Source of the DNA: Hypanus sabinus | Lineage: Eukaryota | Assembly (NCBI RefSeq): GCF_030144855.1 | Contig: NC_082709.1 | Coordinates: forward strand, 178,498,001-178,562,000 | DNA: 64,000 nucleotides | Reading direction: 5' to 3' | Shown here: positions 49,602-62,024 of the stretch, in pieces | Layout: every line of letters begins with the position of its first letter | Numbering within the stretch: the first letter of the stretch is position 1 | Notes under the pieces: model-generated | Databases searched by the model: none | What the model saw: the letters and a program-made list of their open reading frames with translations, nothing else | Told to the model about the DNA's origin: nothing | Position numbers and translations under genes: made by a program

Positions 49602-52600
49602 CCTCCCAATGATATAGGTAGGAAAAGGGAAGAGGTCCTGAAAGGAGAATATTGGGAGTTAGGAAGGCAGTTGAGAAGAAGGACCACAAAAGTAGTAATC
49701 TCAGGATTACTGCCTGTGCCATGCGACAGTGAGAGTAGGAATGGAATGAGGTAGAGGATAAATGCATGGCTGAGGGATTGGAGCAGGGGGCAGGGATTCA
49801 TGTTTCTGGATCATTGGGACCTCTTTTGGGGCAGGTGTGACCTGTACAAAAAGGATGGGTTGCATTTGAATCCTAGGGGGACCAATATCCTGGTGGGGAG
49901 ATTCGCTAAGGCTTCTGGGGAGACTTTAAACTACAAAGTAGAATGGTTGGGGGGTGGGAATCAATATGAAGAGACTAGGGGAGAGGAGGTTAATTCACAA
50001 ATAGAGGAAGCTAGTATACAGTGTGTGAGGGAGGATAGGCAGGTGATAGAGAAGGAGAGTGCTCAGACCAAAGATCTAGGGGAGAAGGAAGAAAAAGACA
50101 ATAAAGTTGATCGCATTGTTAGGGATAAACAGAGAGGAAGAGGTGGAGAGTTTCTTAAATGCATCTACTTTAATGCTAGGAGCATTGTAAGAAAGGTGGA
50201 TGAGCTTAGAGCATGGATTGATACCTGGAAATATGATGTTGTAGCTATTAGTGAAACACGGTTGCAGGAGGGGTGTGATTGGCAACTAAATATTCCTGGA
50301 TTTCGTTGTTTCAGGTGTGATAGAATTGGAGGGGCAAGAGGAAGAGGTGTTGCATTGCTTGTCCGAGAAAATATTACAGCAGTGCTCTGGCAGGATATAT
50401 TAGAGCGCTTGTCTAGGGAGACTATTTGGGTGGAATTGAGGAATGGGAAAGGTGTAGTAACGCTTATAGGGGTGTATTATAGACCACTTAATGGGGAGCA
50501 AGAATTGGAGGAGCATTTGAGGAGATACAAAAGGATTTAGAAGAAGTGGATTGGGACAATTTGTTTTATGGGAAGGATGTAATAGAGAAATGGTGGTCAT
50601 TTAAAGGTGAAATTTTGAGGGTACAGAATCTTTATGTTCCTGTTAGGTTGAAAGGAAAGGTTAAAAGTTTGGGAGCACCATGGTTTTCAAAGGATATTGG
50701 AAACTTGGTTTGGTAAAAGGGAGATCTACAATAAATATAGGCAGCATGGAGTAAATGAGGTGCTCGAGGAATATAAAGAATGTAAAAAGAATCTTAAGAA
50801 AGAAATTAGAAAAGCTAAAAGAAGATATGAGGTTGCTTTGGCAAGTAAGGTGAAAATAAATCCAAAGGGTTTCTACAATTATACTAATAGCAAAAGGATA
50901 GTGAGGGTTAAAATTGGTCCCTTAGCGAATCAGAGTGGACAGCTATGTGTGAAGCCAAAAGAGATGGGGGAGATTTTGAACAATTTCTTTTCTTCGGTAT
51001 TCCCTAAGGAGAAGGGTATTGAATTGTGTAAGGTAAGGGAAACAAGTAGGGAAGTTATGGAAACTATGACAATTAAAGAGGAGGAAGTACTGACACTTTT
51101 AAGGAATATAAAAGTGGATAAATCTCCAGGTCCTGACAGGATATTCCCTAGGACCTTGAGGGAAGTTGGTGTAGAAATAGCAGGGGCTCTGACAGAAATA
51201 TTTCAAATGTCATTAGAAACGAGGATGGTGCCGGAGGATTGGCATATTGCTCATGTGGTTCCATTGTTTAAAAAGGGTTCTAAGAGTAAACCTAGCAATT
51301 ATAGGCCTGTCAGTTTGACGTCAGTGGTGGGTAAATTAATGGAAAGTATTCTTAGAGATAGTATATATAATTATCTGTATAGACAGGGTCTGATTAGGAA
51401 TTGTCAGCATGGATTTGTGCATGGAAGGTCGTGTTTCACAAATCTTATTGAATTTTTTGAAGAGGTTATGAGGAAAGTTGATGAGGGTAAAGCAGTGGAT
51501 ATTGTCTATATGGACTTCATTAAGGCCTTTGACAAGGTTCCGCATGGAAGGTTAGTTAGGAAGGTTCAGTCGTTAGGTATTAATATTGAAGTAGTAAAAT
51601 GGATTCAACAGTGGCTGGATGGGAGATGGCAGAGAGTAGTGGTGGATAACTGTTTGTCAGGTTAGAGGCTGGTGACTAGTGGTGTGCCTTAGGGATCTGT
51701 ACTGGGTCCAATGTTGTTTGTCATATACATTAATGATCTGGATGATGGGCTGGTAAAGTGGATTAGTAACTATGCAGATGATACTCAGGTAGGTGGCATT
51801 GCGGATAATGAAGTAGGTTTTCAAAGTTTGCAGAGAGATTTAGGCCAGTTGGAAGACTGGGCTGAATGATGGCCGATGGAGTTTAATGCTGATAAGTGTG
51901 AGGTGCTACATTTTGGTAGGAATAATCCAAATAGGACATACATGGTAAATGGTAGGGCATTAAAGAATGCAGTAGAACAGAGTGATCTTGGAATAATGGT
52001 TCATAGTTCCCTGAAGGTGGAATCTCATGTGGATAGGGTAGTGAAGAAAGGTTTTGGTATGTTGGTCTTTATAAATCCGAGCATTGAGTATAGGAGTTGG
52101 GATGTAATGTTAAAATTGTACAAGGCATTGGTAAGGCCAAATTTGGAGTATTGTGTACAGTTCTGGTCACCAAATTCTAGGAAAGATGTCAACAATATAG
52201 AGAGAATACTGAGAAGATTTACTAGAATGTTACCTAGGTTTCAGCCCCTAAGTTACAGGGAAAGGTTGAACAAGTTAGGTCTTTATTCTTTGGAGCATAG
52301 AAGGTTAAGGTGGGACTTGATAGAGTTATTTAAAATAATGAGGGGGGGTAGATCGATTTGGCTTGAATAGGCTTTTTCCATTGAGAGTAGGGGAGATTCA
52401 AACAAGAGGAGATGATTTGAGAGTTAGAGGGCAAAAGCTTAAGGGTAACACGAGGGGGAATTTCTTTACTCAGAGAGTGGTAGCTGTGTTAAATGAGCTT
52501 CCAGTAGAAGTGGTAGAGGCAGGTTCGGTATTGTCATTTAAAGTAAAATTGGATAAGTATATGGACAGGAAAGGAATGGAGGGTTATGGGCTGAGTGCAG

Positions 52601-52690
52601 GCCAGTGGGACTAGGTGAGTGTAAGTGTTGGCACAGACTAGAAAGGCCGAGATGGTCTGGTTCCGTGCTGTAACTGTTTTATGGTTATAT
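49602..52690 (+). mobile_element. CR1 LINE with ORF1 SGNH esterase remnant and ORF2 APE-RT, disrupted
   Basis: NDIGR and DGLHLN esterase blocks, FNARSI..ISET APE start, ORF 50697-51665 (KSPGPD, NYRPVSL, QHGF, DFIKAFDKV), YADD at ~51771, and a 3'UTR. Confidence 0.95.
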
Positions 52691-52694
52691 ATGT

Positions 52695-53580
52695 TTATTT
52701 AACTGTTATATGTATACCATCAAATGAGACAATGTTTCTCCAGACCAGGGATGTGCCACACAATAACTAAGGAAAGTAAGGATAAAATCTATCATAAATT
52801 ACACATAAATGAACAAAGTAGACGGCATAAATTAAATATTGTCAGGTACAAAACAGATTAACCAGTCATACTTTGAATATGATGCATCAGGGAGTTCAGA
52901 AGCCTCATGGTCTGGGGGAAGAAACTTCTTCCCCTTCTGACTAATCTTGACTTTGTACATTGGAGTCTCCTGCCTGATGGTAGAAAGTCAGAGAGGATGC
53001 TGGATGGATTTGTGGGATCCTTAATACTAAAGGTCCTGTGTACACACCACTCCTGACAAATGTCGCCGATGGATGGCAGGGAGATCCCTATGATCCTTTC
53101 AGTCATTCTCACAGTTCCAGTAGGAACTTCTGGTCCAATGCTCGGATGCTCCCATAGCAGATGGCGATGTAGCTTGGCAGGGCTCTCTCAATGGTGCTCT
53201 TGTAAAATTCAGCTAAGTTGGGGGTGGAGTGGAGCCTTGCTTGCCTCAATCTCCTTAGGAAATGGAGGTTCTGCTGTGCCTTCTTGTTTAGGGAGATGAT
53301 ATTGAGGGACCAGGTGATGTCATCTGTGATGTGAGCTCCCAAGATCTTAGTGGACTTAACTCTCTCTAAAGAGAGAGTTGAGGGTGATAGTTCATCTGCA
53401 CCTTCCTGAAGTCCTTAATGATTTCCTTGGTCTTCTCCGTGATTAGTCTTGGGTTGTTCTTCTCACAACCACTTCCTGTCTGCACTCCTCATTGTTGATG
53501 CGGCCAGCTACTGCTGTGTCATTCACAAATTTGGTGACATGGATTGAGCTGAATCCTGTGACATGGTCATGCATCAGCAC
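52695..53580 (-). mobile_element. Rex1-type LINE RT and 3' region
   Basis: ORFs 53109-53342 (GAHITDDITWS..KKAQQNLHFLRRL) and 52858-53112 (FLPSGRRL..SFFPQ). Confidence 0.85.
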
Positions 53581-53589
53581 TGGACAGAG

Positions 53590-54120
53590 CTCATAGCTTC
53601 AAAATAGAAGGATGTTCTTTTCAAACACAGATGATGAGGAATTTCTTTATCTAGAGGGTGGTAAATCTGTGAAGTTCACTGCAACAAGTGGTTGGGGTGG
53701 CCAAGTAATTGGGTATATTGAAAACAGAGGTTGATAAGTCCTTGATTAGATAGGATGTCAAAGGTTATTGAGAGAAGACAGGAGGATGGTGTTGTGAGGG
53801 AAAATATATCAGCCATAGTGGAATGGCAGTGTAAACTTGATGGACAGAATGGGTTAATTCTAGTCCTGTGTCTTGTGGTCTTTTGAATTAAAAGAAGCAT
53901 TAATGAAACGGCTAAAGATGATTGGACGTAGGACACTACCCTGCGGAACTCCTACAGAAATATCCTGTGGCTGTGATGATTGACCTCCAGCCACCACAGC
54001 CATCTTTCTTTTGTGTTGGGTGTGATTCCAGTCCCTGGAGGGTTTTGACTCCAGCTTACCCAAGGCTCGTAGATGCCACACAATTAAATGCTGCCTTGAT
54101 TTCTAGAACAGTAGCTCTTA
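53590..54120. mobile_element. CR1 3' end (plus) adjacent to a CR1-like RT fragment (minus)
   Basis: RVVNL..FKTEVDK remnant, and ORF 53860-54081 GVPQGSVL. Confidence 0.7.
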
Positions 54121-57009
54121 CAACTTGTGGAAGCTGTTGATTTTACATATGAAATATGGCAACGGCAGTTGCTCCAGAATTCCTTGTTAGAACAAATTCC
54201 TTGGCTTTTAAATTTTAAGATTATTGCCCATGCTTTTTAGTTGCCTTCATAAAAGCAATGAAGGTTTCTTTGTCCAGACTTTCAAGTGGACTCAATGGAC
54301 TAAATGCCCTGGTTCTGCTGTTATGTCTTGTGGTCTATGATCACCTGCACTCTTTACACTGGAGTAGTTTTTCCTCAACTGGCCTCTAATTTCTCATTCT
54401 CCTAATAAATTGCAATTTATGCTCCTTTGTTACACAGACTACTCAGCGAAGGGAAATAGATATGTTCTGTTTAATTTTATACACAGTTGATTCTGTAAAA
54501 AAAAACTGAGGGGAATAGTTACCATAAGTTGGAGAAATCAATATTTATTCAGAGATTCAGTGTGGAACAGGCCCTTTCAACCCACCAGTTTAACCCTAGC
54601 TGAACCACAAGACAATTTTCAATGATCAATTAACTTATTAACTGTGAAAGAAAACTGGAAATGCCAGAGGGAAGCCACGTGCACTGGGGAGCATGTAAAA
54701 ACTTTGTTTCAATGGATGCTGGAATTTTACTCCAAACTTCGACATCCAGAGCTGTAATAGCATTGTGGTAACTACTGCATTACCATGGTGCCACAGCGTT
54801 CTTGCAGTCATGTTGGATACTACCAAATAGAATAGGTTACATTTTGTATACCTGCTGTTCTGACTAGACTGAAACGCATGTCCCTGATAATGCTGCAAGC
54901 TCTGGCTGTTGGTTCTCTGAAGTTCAAAGTCAATTTATTATCAAAGTATCTATATGCCACTATATACTACCCAGAGGTTTATTTCCTTGCAAGGATTCAC
55001 AGTAGAACAAAGAAATATTATAGAATCAATGGAAAACTACACACAAAGACTGAAGAACAACCTTCATAAAGCACTTTGTAAATATATACTACAGTAAAAC
55101 TTTTGGTAGTTGGAGCTGATATTGCTAGTTGGAGTTGTTGGCTAATATTGATATTATTTTTCTTCTTCTTGATCTCAAAGATTAAAGTAAGTTTGAAGTA
55201 AACTTATTATCAAATACATACTCTATATGTCACCAGGTGGAATCCTGAGATTCATTTTCTTGCAGGGACTTACAGGAAAATAAAGAAATACAATATCGAG
55301 ATTATGGAAAAACTATACTGTTCATACCACAGACTGATGCACATCCAATGTGCAAAACATGACAAATCATGTCAATAATAAATAAGAAAATGCCACTAAT
55401 TAATAATGAGAACAGTCATTGAAAGTGAGTCTATAGATGTGGAGTTAATTAAGTGTTGTGGTGAGTGAGGTTATCCTTGTTGGTTCAGGAGCCTGATGGT
55501 TTGTAGAGCTGTCTAACCTTTCTGACCATTGCACACCCTTTCAATTGATTTCTTGGAAGCTTCATCCTTCTGACAACTCTTGGATTGCACTTTCCCTCCT
55601 TGGTCTTAACCTATGCAATTGATCCATTGCCCAAAATTAGTAGATAGTTCTTGCATGCTGGTGTGTCACACTCCAATTCATGCTAACTTGTGTGACCTTG
55701 CCATGCTGTGCTCACTAAATAAGAAACATTTAAATGACTAAAAGATGCATCTGTAAAAGATGTTCTTGTAACTTCTGAGTTTTAATTACAGATGCAATGC
55801 AGGAGATAATGAGGCTGGCTATGATCTTTTGAGAATGTTACTTTGACATCATGGAGGGCTGTAAATATTAAATTAGATACTTTATATGTGCAGCATGCGT
55901 TCCGCGAGCCTGTCTTTGTAGTACTCATCACTTCACTGCTGGAAGAAACACTTTCAAAGGTTTGCAGATGTTCTTGAGCTTTGCAGCCCTTGCAGAAACC
56001 TGCTTGTCAATGGAAGGAAGTCATTTTCCCCAAAGGAAAAAAGGCCATTTGCACATTTTCAGGGAGAAGACTTGGGAGTGAGTGTCTGCGCTAGAAAAGA
56101 GCAATGACTCTTGAGCCATTCAATGACTCAAAGGGAAATTGCCAAGAGAAAACAAAACATTGTTTTTCAATTACATAGACCAGCTCTATCTAGGTAGCTG
56201 TAAATTTTCAGAAGCCTGCTCACCTGCCATAGTATTGCTAGTAAAGTCTCACACTTCTCTCTCTCTCTGCTCTTTTTAGCATTAAAGCATTGCATCACGA
56301 AGCAACGCACATCAAAGGGTGGTGATGGGAGTGACAGCTGCAGCTATGATCACACTCTGTTTCAATTTCACCTCTTTCCTATGAATCTCTCTGTCGCGCC
56401 ATCCCCCTCTCACTGCTTGGCAGATTGCATCCCATGTGTTATAAAGATAAGGAAGGGTTTTGTTTCTCACAGGTACATTGAAACATGCGGTGAAATGTGT
56501 CATTTGTGTCAATGACCAACAGAGTCCAAGGATTGTGCTGGAGCTAGTCACTCATCTGGCACCAACATAGTATGCCCTCAGTCACTAACCCTAACCAGCA
56601 CAGCTTTGGAATGTGGAAAGTAACTGGAGCACCCACAGGAAATCCTGTGGTCATGTGGAGAATGTACAAACTTCTTGCAGCCAGCAGCTAGAATTGAACA
56701 CCAAGCTTACGTTGACTCTGTAAAGTGTTGCACTGACTGCTGTATTGCCATGCAATGACCCATTATTACAGTCCCATTATCATCACTCCAGCATTTCTTA
56801 CATTACAATCATCATTATCATTATGTGCTCTGCTGTATTACATGGGCAATCATGGTCTTTGATTTGGTCATACCAAATAGTTGTTTTGGGATTGTAATTG
56901 TATTTATTGCTGTGTTTATTAGCCTATACACTGACTAATGGGATATCAAGACCAACACTAAGCTTCTAGTCTGTAAAGCTATATGGAATGAAGTCACTGA
57001 CAGCACGCA

Positions 57010-57604
57010 GCAAGCACATAAAATCCCTAGCGACTTACCATCTAAAAGATTCTGGGAGTTAGCTGGAAGAACGGGCGTACTAATTCCAGCATCCTGGAGG
57101 AAGCTAACATTAACTCCACAGCCACAATTGTGACTCAACACCAATTGTGCTGGGTCAGCCATCTCATCCACATGCCTGACTTCCACCTTCCTAAACAACT
57201 ACTGTTCAGCCAAGACAGGGATGCAAAACGCACTCCTGGAGGGCAGAAAAAGCGGTTCAAGGGCAATAGCAAGATCTACCTGCGGAAGTGCCACATCACT
57301 CTGAATGGATGGGAGAAACTAGCACAGGGTAAGAAAAGCTGGAGAAGGACTGTCTATGAGGGGACGGCACAGCTCAAAGAATACCTCCATCTGAATGCTG
57401 AGACTAAACGGCTCAACATAAGGAGAAACTGGGAAAGGCCCAGCTAGCTCCATCCACCACCAATTCAATGACCTACACCTGCCAACACTGCAACTTGTGG
57501 ACCATGGATCAGCCTCTTCAGTCATCTCAAGACCCACAAGTGATTAGATCAACCACCAGGAGAAGAATCGTACTCGACTACGAATGATCGCTGATGATGA
57601 TGAT
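57010..57604 (+). mobile_element. RTE (BovB-like) LINE 3' fragment
   Basis: ORF 57130 QLCWVSHLIHMPDFHLPKQLLF..RTPGGQKKRFK, a C-terminal Cys/His motif, and a (GAT)n tail at 57592-57604. Confidence 0.85.
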
Positions 57605-57792
57605 ACACTGCTTGCTCTGAGCTTCTCAAGCAGGGTATTTCATTGGATCCTCTTGCATCTGATGAATAACTAATCTGAATGTGTTGGTGTCTCTGGGTTT
57701 TATTTCCTTACCTGGTCCCCTGTAAAACTATCAGTGGAAATTCTAAACTACTGATAATCAAGCCTTAATGAAATGGTTACTGATTTGATATA

Positions 57793-58464
57793 AACACTTA
57801 TGGCCACTTTACTCGAGACACCTGTACACCTTGTTAATGCAAATATCTAATCAGTCGGTTATGTGGCAGCAATTCAATGTATAAAAGCATGCAGACATGG
57901 TCAAGAGGTCCATTTGCTGTTTAGATCAAATAGAAGAATGGGGAAGAAGTATGATATAAATGAGTTTGCTTGTGGAATGATTGTTAGTGCCAGACTGGGT
58001 GGTTGGAGTATCTCAGAAACTGCTGATCTCCTGGGTTTTTCATGCACAGGAGTCTCTAGAACAGGAATGCCCAAACTTTATTTTTGTTGCCACGGGCCCG
58101 ACCATTAACCAAGAGCTCGGTGGACCCCAGGATGGGAAATCTTGCTCTGGAGTTTACAGAGAATGGTGTGGGAAACCAAATACATAGAATAAGCAGCAGT
58201 TCCGTGAACCAAACCCCTTTGTTAATGAGAGAGGTCAGAGGACAATGGCCAGGCCGGTTCAATCTCACAGGAAGGTGACAGTAGCTCAAATAAGTACACC
58301 TTACAACAGCGGTGTGCAGAAGAGCATCTCTGAATGCACAACATGTCAAATCTTGAAGTGGGTGGACTACAGCAGCAGAAGACCAAGAGCATAAAGGAAT
58401 ACACTCAGTGGCCAGCCACTTTATTAGCTACAAAGGGTACCTAATAAACTGGCCACTGAGTGTA
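57793..58464 (+). mobile_element. Tc1/mariner non-autonomous element with nested hAT MITE
   Basis: ORF 57863 MGKKYDINEFACGMIVSARLGGWSISETADLLGFS. TIRs end in tggccactgagtgta. Confidence 0.85.
58062..58144. mobile_element. hAT (Charlie-like) MITE
   Basis: CAGG...CTTG termini and 8-bp flanks CTCTAGAA / CTCTGGAG. Confidence 0.75.
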
Positions 58465-58854
58465 TGCACAGTTCATGCAAAGTTACTATAAATCAGGCAA
58501 AATTTAATTTTATATTAAAGTCGTCGTCCTTGTCGTGCAGCATACACTGGTGCCAAGAGTTTATTTCTATAGCATTTCTGCCCTGTGTACTATTGTCTAT
58601 GAGCACCGTGAATTTGAACTTGTATACTGCACGAATAGTAACACACAAAATGCTGGAACAGTTCAGACAGCATCTCAGGAATAGAATAAGTTGTCAGTGT
58701 TTCATCGTAACCTTTCATCAGGATTGGGAAGGGAGGGGGAAGATGCCAAAATAAGATGGGGGGAAGTGAGGGAGTACAAGCTGGAAGGTGATAGATGAAG
58801 CTAGACGGGCAGGGGAGGGGGATGACATAAGAAGTGATAGGTGGGAAAGGTAAT

Positions 58855-59342
58855 AACACACACAAAATGCTGGTGGAACACAGCAGGCCAGGCAGCATCT
58901 ATAGGGAGAAGCGCTGTCGACGTTTTGGGACGAGACCCTTTGTCAGGACTAACTAAAGGAAAGATACTAAGATTTGAAAGCAGGACGGAGAAATGCGAAA
59001 TGATAGGAGAAGACTGGAGGGGGTGGGATGAAGCTGAGAGCCGGAAAGGTGATTGGCAAAAGTGATACAGAGCTGGAGAAGGGAAAGGATCATGGGATGG
59101 GAGGCCTCAGGAGAAAGAAAGGGGGAGGGGAGCACCAGAGGGGGATGGAGCACTGGCAGAGTGATGGGCAGAGAGAGAGAGAGAAAAAAAACAAACAGCT
59201 ATATATGCCAGGGGTGGGGTAGAAGGGGAAGAGGGCATTAACGGAAGTTAGAGAGGTCAATGTTCATGCCATCGGGTTGGAGGCTACCCAGCCATTATAT
59301 AAGGTGGTGTTCTGCCAACCTGAGTGTGGCTTCATCTTGACA
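58855..59342 (-). mobile_element. Penelope-like 3' fragment with perfect 14-bp TSD, nested in an older Penelope-like fragment (~58638-59600)
   Basis: GTGGGAAAGGTAAT at 58841-58854 and 59343-59356, hammerhead-like motif at 58914-58951, and an endonuclease C-terminal remnant. Confidence 0.85.
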
Positions 59343-60169
59343 GTGGGAAAGGTAATGGGCTGGAGAAGAAGCAATCTGGTGGAAGAGGTGAGTGGACTAT
59401 TGGAGAAAGGGAAGCAAGAGGGGCACCAGGGGAGGTGATAGCTGAGGAGCCAGAGTAGCACAATGAAGAAAAGGGAGGGGAAAATACTGGCAGTTGGAGA
59501 AGTCAGTGTTCATGCTGTCAGGCTAGAGGTAACCAAAAGGAATATAAGTCCTGATAATGGCCTCCTCATGTCAGAAGGGGAGGTAGTGTACCAACATATG
59601 GGAAATGGTTAGCCAGCATGCATATGTGTTGTGGGTGAATAATAAACCAGTTATATCAGTCCTAGCAGTTGTTGGTTTCTCCATCTATCTTAATTGTCCT
59701 GTTGGAAGTACGCATACATTCAGTACAAACTGACTGGAGGCGAGGACCACAAAGCAAAGGTAGAAATTGGGGGAAGAAGACACTGAAGGTAAAGGTGAAG
59801 TGTTAGAATCTGTGGTTGAGTGTGTGTTCTGAAACAGTGTGATCACTTTGACATCACACATTGAATAATCTGAGTTCATAATTGCAGCAAGGCAGTGTAG
59901 CAATTAGTGTAATCGCTTTGTTACACCAGCAAATCCCAATCAGGGATTGATTCCTGCCGCTGTCTGTAGCAAAAGCATTGGATCACTACTAATTAGCCAC
60001 ACTCCATACAACTTTGAAATATAATTGCCATTTCAGGACCGTTGCCCAGCCAAAAACCCAGAATTCTCCCCCTAAACGAAGTGTGGGAATACCCATGCCT
60101 CAAGGACTGCAGTAATTGAAGAAGATGGTTTACAACTTTCTCACGGGCATTCTGGGTAAAAGATTAGGA

Positions 60170-60475
60170 CTGGTGGCACAGTAGCATAGCAGTTAGCCAG
60201 TCCTTTACAGCTCAAGTGATCAGCGAGTGGGGTTCAGTTCCTGCCACTCTCTGCAATAGTTTGTACGTACTCCCGTGACTCTTTGGGTTTCCTCCACATG
60301 CTCTGGCTTCCCCCCACATTCCAAAGATGAATGGTTAGGATTAGTTAGTGCTGGGTATGCCAGAAGTTTCGTGACACCTGTGGGCTGCCCCCAACGTATT
60401 CCTCACTGATTTAACACAAATGACGCAATTCACATTGTAATTCAATGTTTCTGCCACAAATAAAACTAATCTTTA
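60170..60475 (+). mobile_element. V-domain SINE (HE1-like)
   Basis: ggtggcacagtagcatagc head, ggggttcagttcct B-box-like motif, V-domain and aataaaactaatcttt tail. Confidence 0.7.
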
Positions 60476-62024
60476 AAAATATTTAACAAATGCTGTATTG
60501 TAAGAAATGAGTACGAGAGAAATAGTGACAGTGAATAATAATTGTCGAACAGAAGCTGACGAGTTGCTTGTCAAACTCGAGCTGGTTGCATTAAGAGTTT
60601 AGGAATTTGAAAACTGGCTCCCAGAGTTTGAATTGAACTGTATCATTGGACTGTATCAGTCGTTCTCCATGGGGCGACGGTCATTCGCCACAGAAGGACT
60701 GAGTTCAAGCAGTCTCTCTCATCGATGTTGATGGGAGATGTTTTCAAAATTCTGAGATTTATGTGATTATTGGTGTGGAGTGCAGTTTATGTTGGTCTCC
60801 TTCAGTTTTCTGTCTTTTCTTGTTGCTGATTTGGGTTTCTGGGTTTGAGGTCCGTGTGGGCAATATGTTAGTTTTTGTGTGAGGGAGAGGCTGGGCATTT
60901 GGGTTCTGATTTTCTTGTTGGTATTTTCCCAGGTGGGGGGGGGGGCAATCTGTTTTTTTCTGTAACAGAGGGGATTGTGAGTTTGATCTTATTGCCACTT
61001 TTTTTCTTGTGGGCAATATGTTTTTTGTGAGGGGGGCTTTTATAGCTTTGGGTTTGTGAGTTTTTGTTTTCCTTTATTTTTTTTGGGCAGGGATGGGGGT
61101 TTGATGTCTTTTCAACAACGCTCAGTGTTTTTTGCTGCATTTCATGGCTATCCGGAAAAGATGAACCTCAGAGGTGTATTCTGCACACATACTTAGATAA
61201 TGAAATGAACTTTTGATACTTTAACCTTTTGAAATGTTTCTTTTTTTCTGACAAATAACAAAGTAGAAATTGATGGTGAGAACATGGCTGCACAAAGAAT
61301 GGAAGCATGAGGAAGCCAGTCTTTTAATTGAAATGACTTCCAAAATGCACAGACTTTGTAGAACTTGAAGGAAGGCAAAAGATGTTTTGTTTGATTGAAA
61401 TAAGCCTTTCAGAAATAAAGAACCTAAATCAAAAGTCATGAGATGCAGGAAGTTTTTGTCTTGCTGAAGGACCTGTTTTCTGTCCAGTCCTTGAACACTA
61501 CCTCACTATTTTTCTTCTTGTTTTGCACCAATTTACCTTTTAATAGTTCTTATTGTAACTTGTAGCAATTTTTTTCATGTACCTTTCTGTAATGCTGTCA
61601 CAAAACAACAAATTTTACCATATATGTCAGTGGTAACAAACCTGATTCTGATTCCCACCACTGGCACTTTATTGCCTACGTGTGCACTGCCTGTTAAGTT
61701 TGTGAATTAATCAATGAACAAATCCAATCAATGTTAGTTACACAGAATTCTGCATTTAATTTGACCCTATCATGAACATCATGAAGTCTTCAGGCATTGA
61801 TGGATGCTGAATAATTGTGTCCAGTTCCAAGGGTAAATGGGACTGTAGTTTAGTGTTGAAGCAATAATGAATACAAAAGTTCCAAAGCATTGTGTGATTA
61901 CAATCTCATATCACTGTACAAGCAAAGTAGGTTCATTAATTTTGAGGACTAGTTCCCACTTTTGCAAGACCAGTTGTCAAGTATGCAAAGAGACCTGTGA
62001 TTAATAGTAACTTATTATTTCGTA

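Noticed and set aside
50697-51665. 322-aa ORF as a host gene or domesticated RT
   Set aside because: It is part of a CR1 copy with stops immediately downstream and a deleted endonuclease, with no sign of domestication.
60855-61040. Regularly spaced repeat or CRISPR-like array (tgtgggcaatatgtt twice)
   Set aside because: Only two copies, inside a low-complexity interspersed repeat, with no spacer architecture or cas genes.
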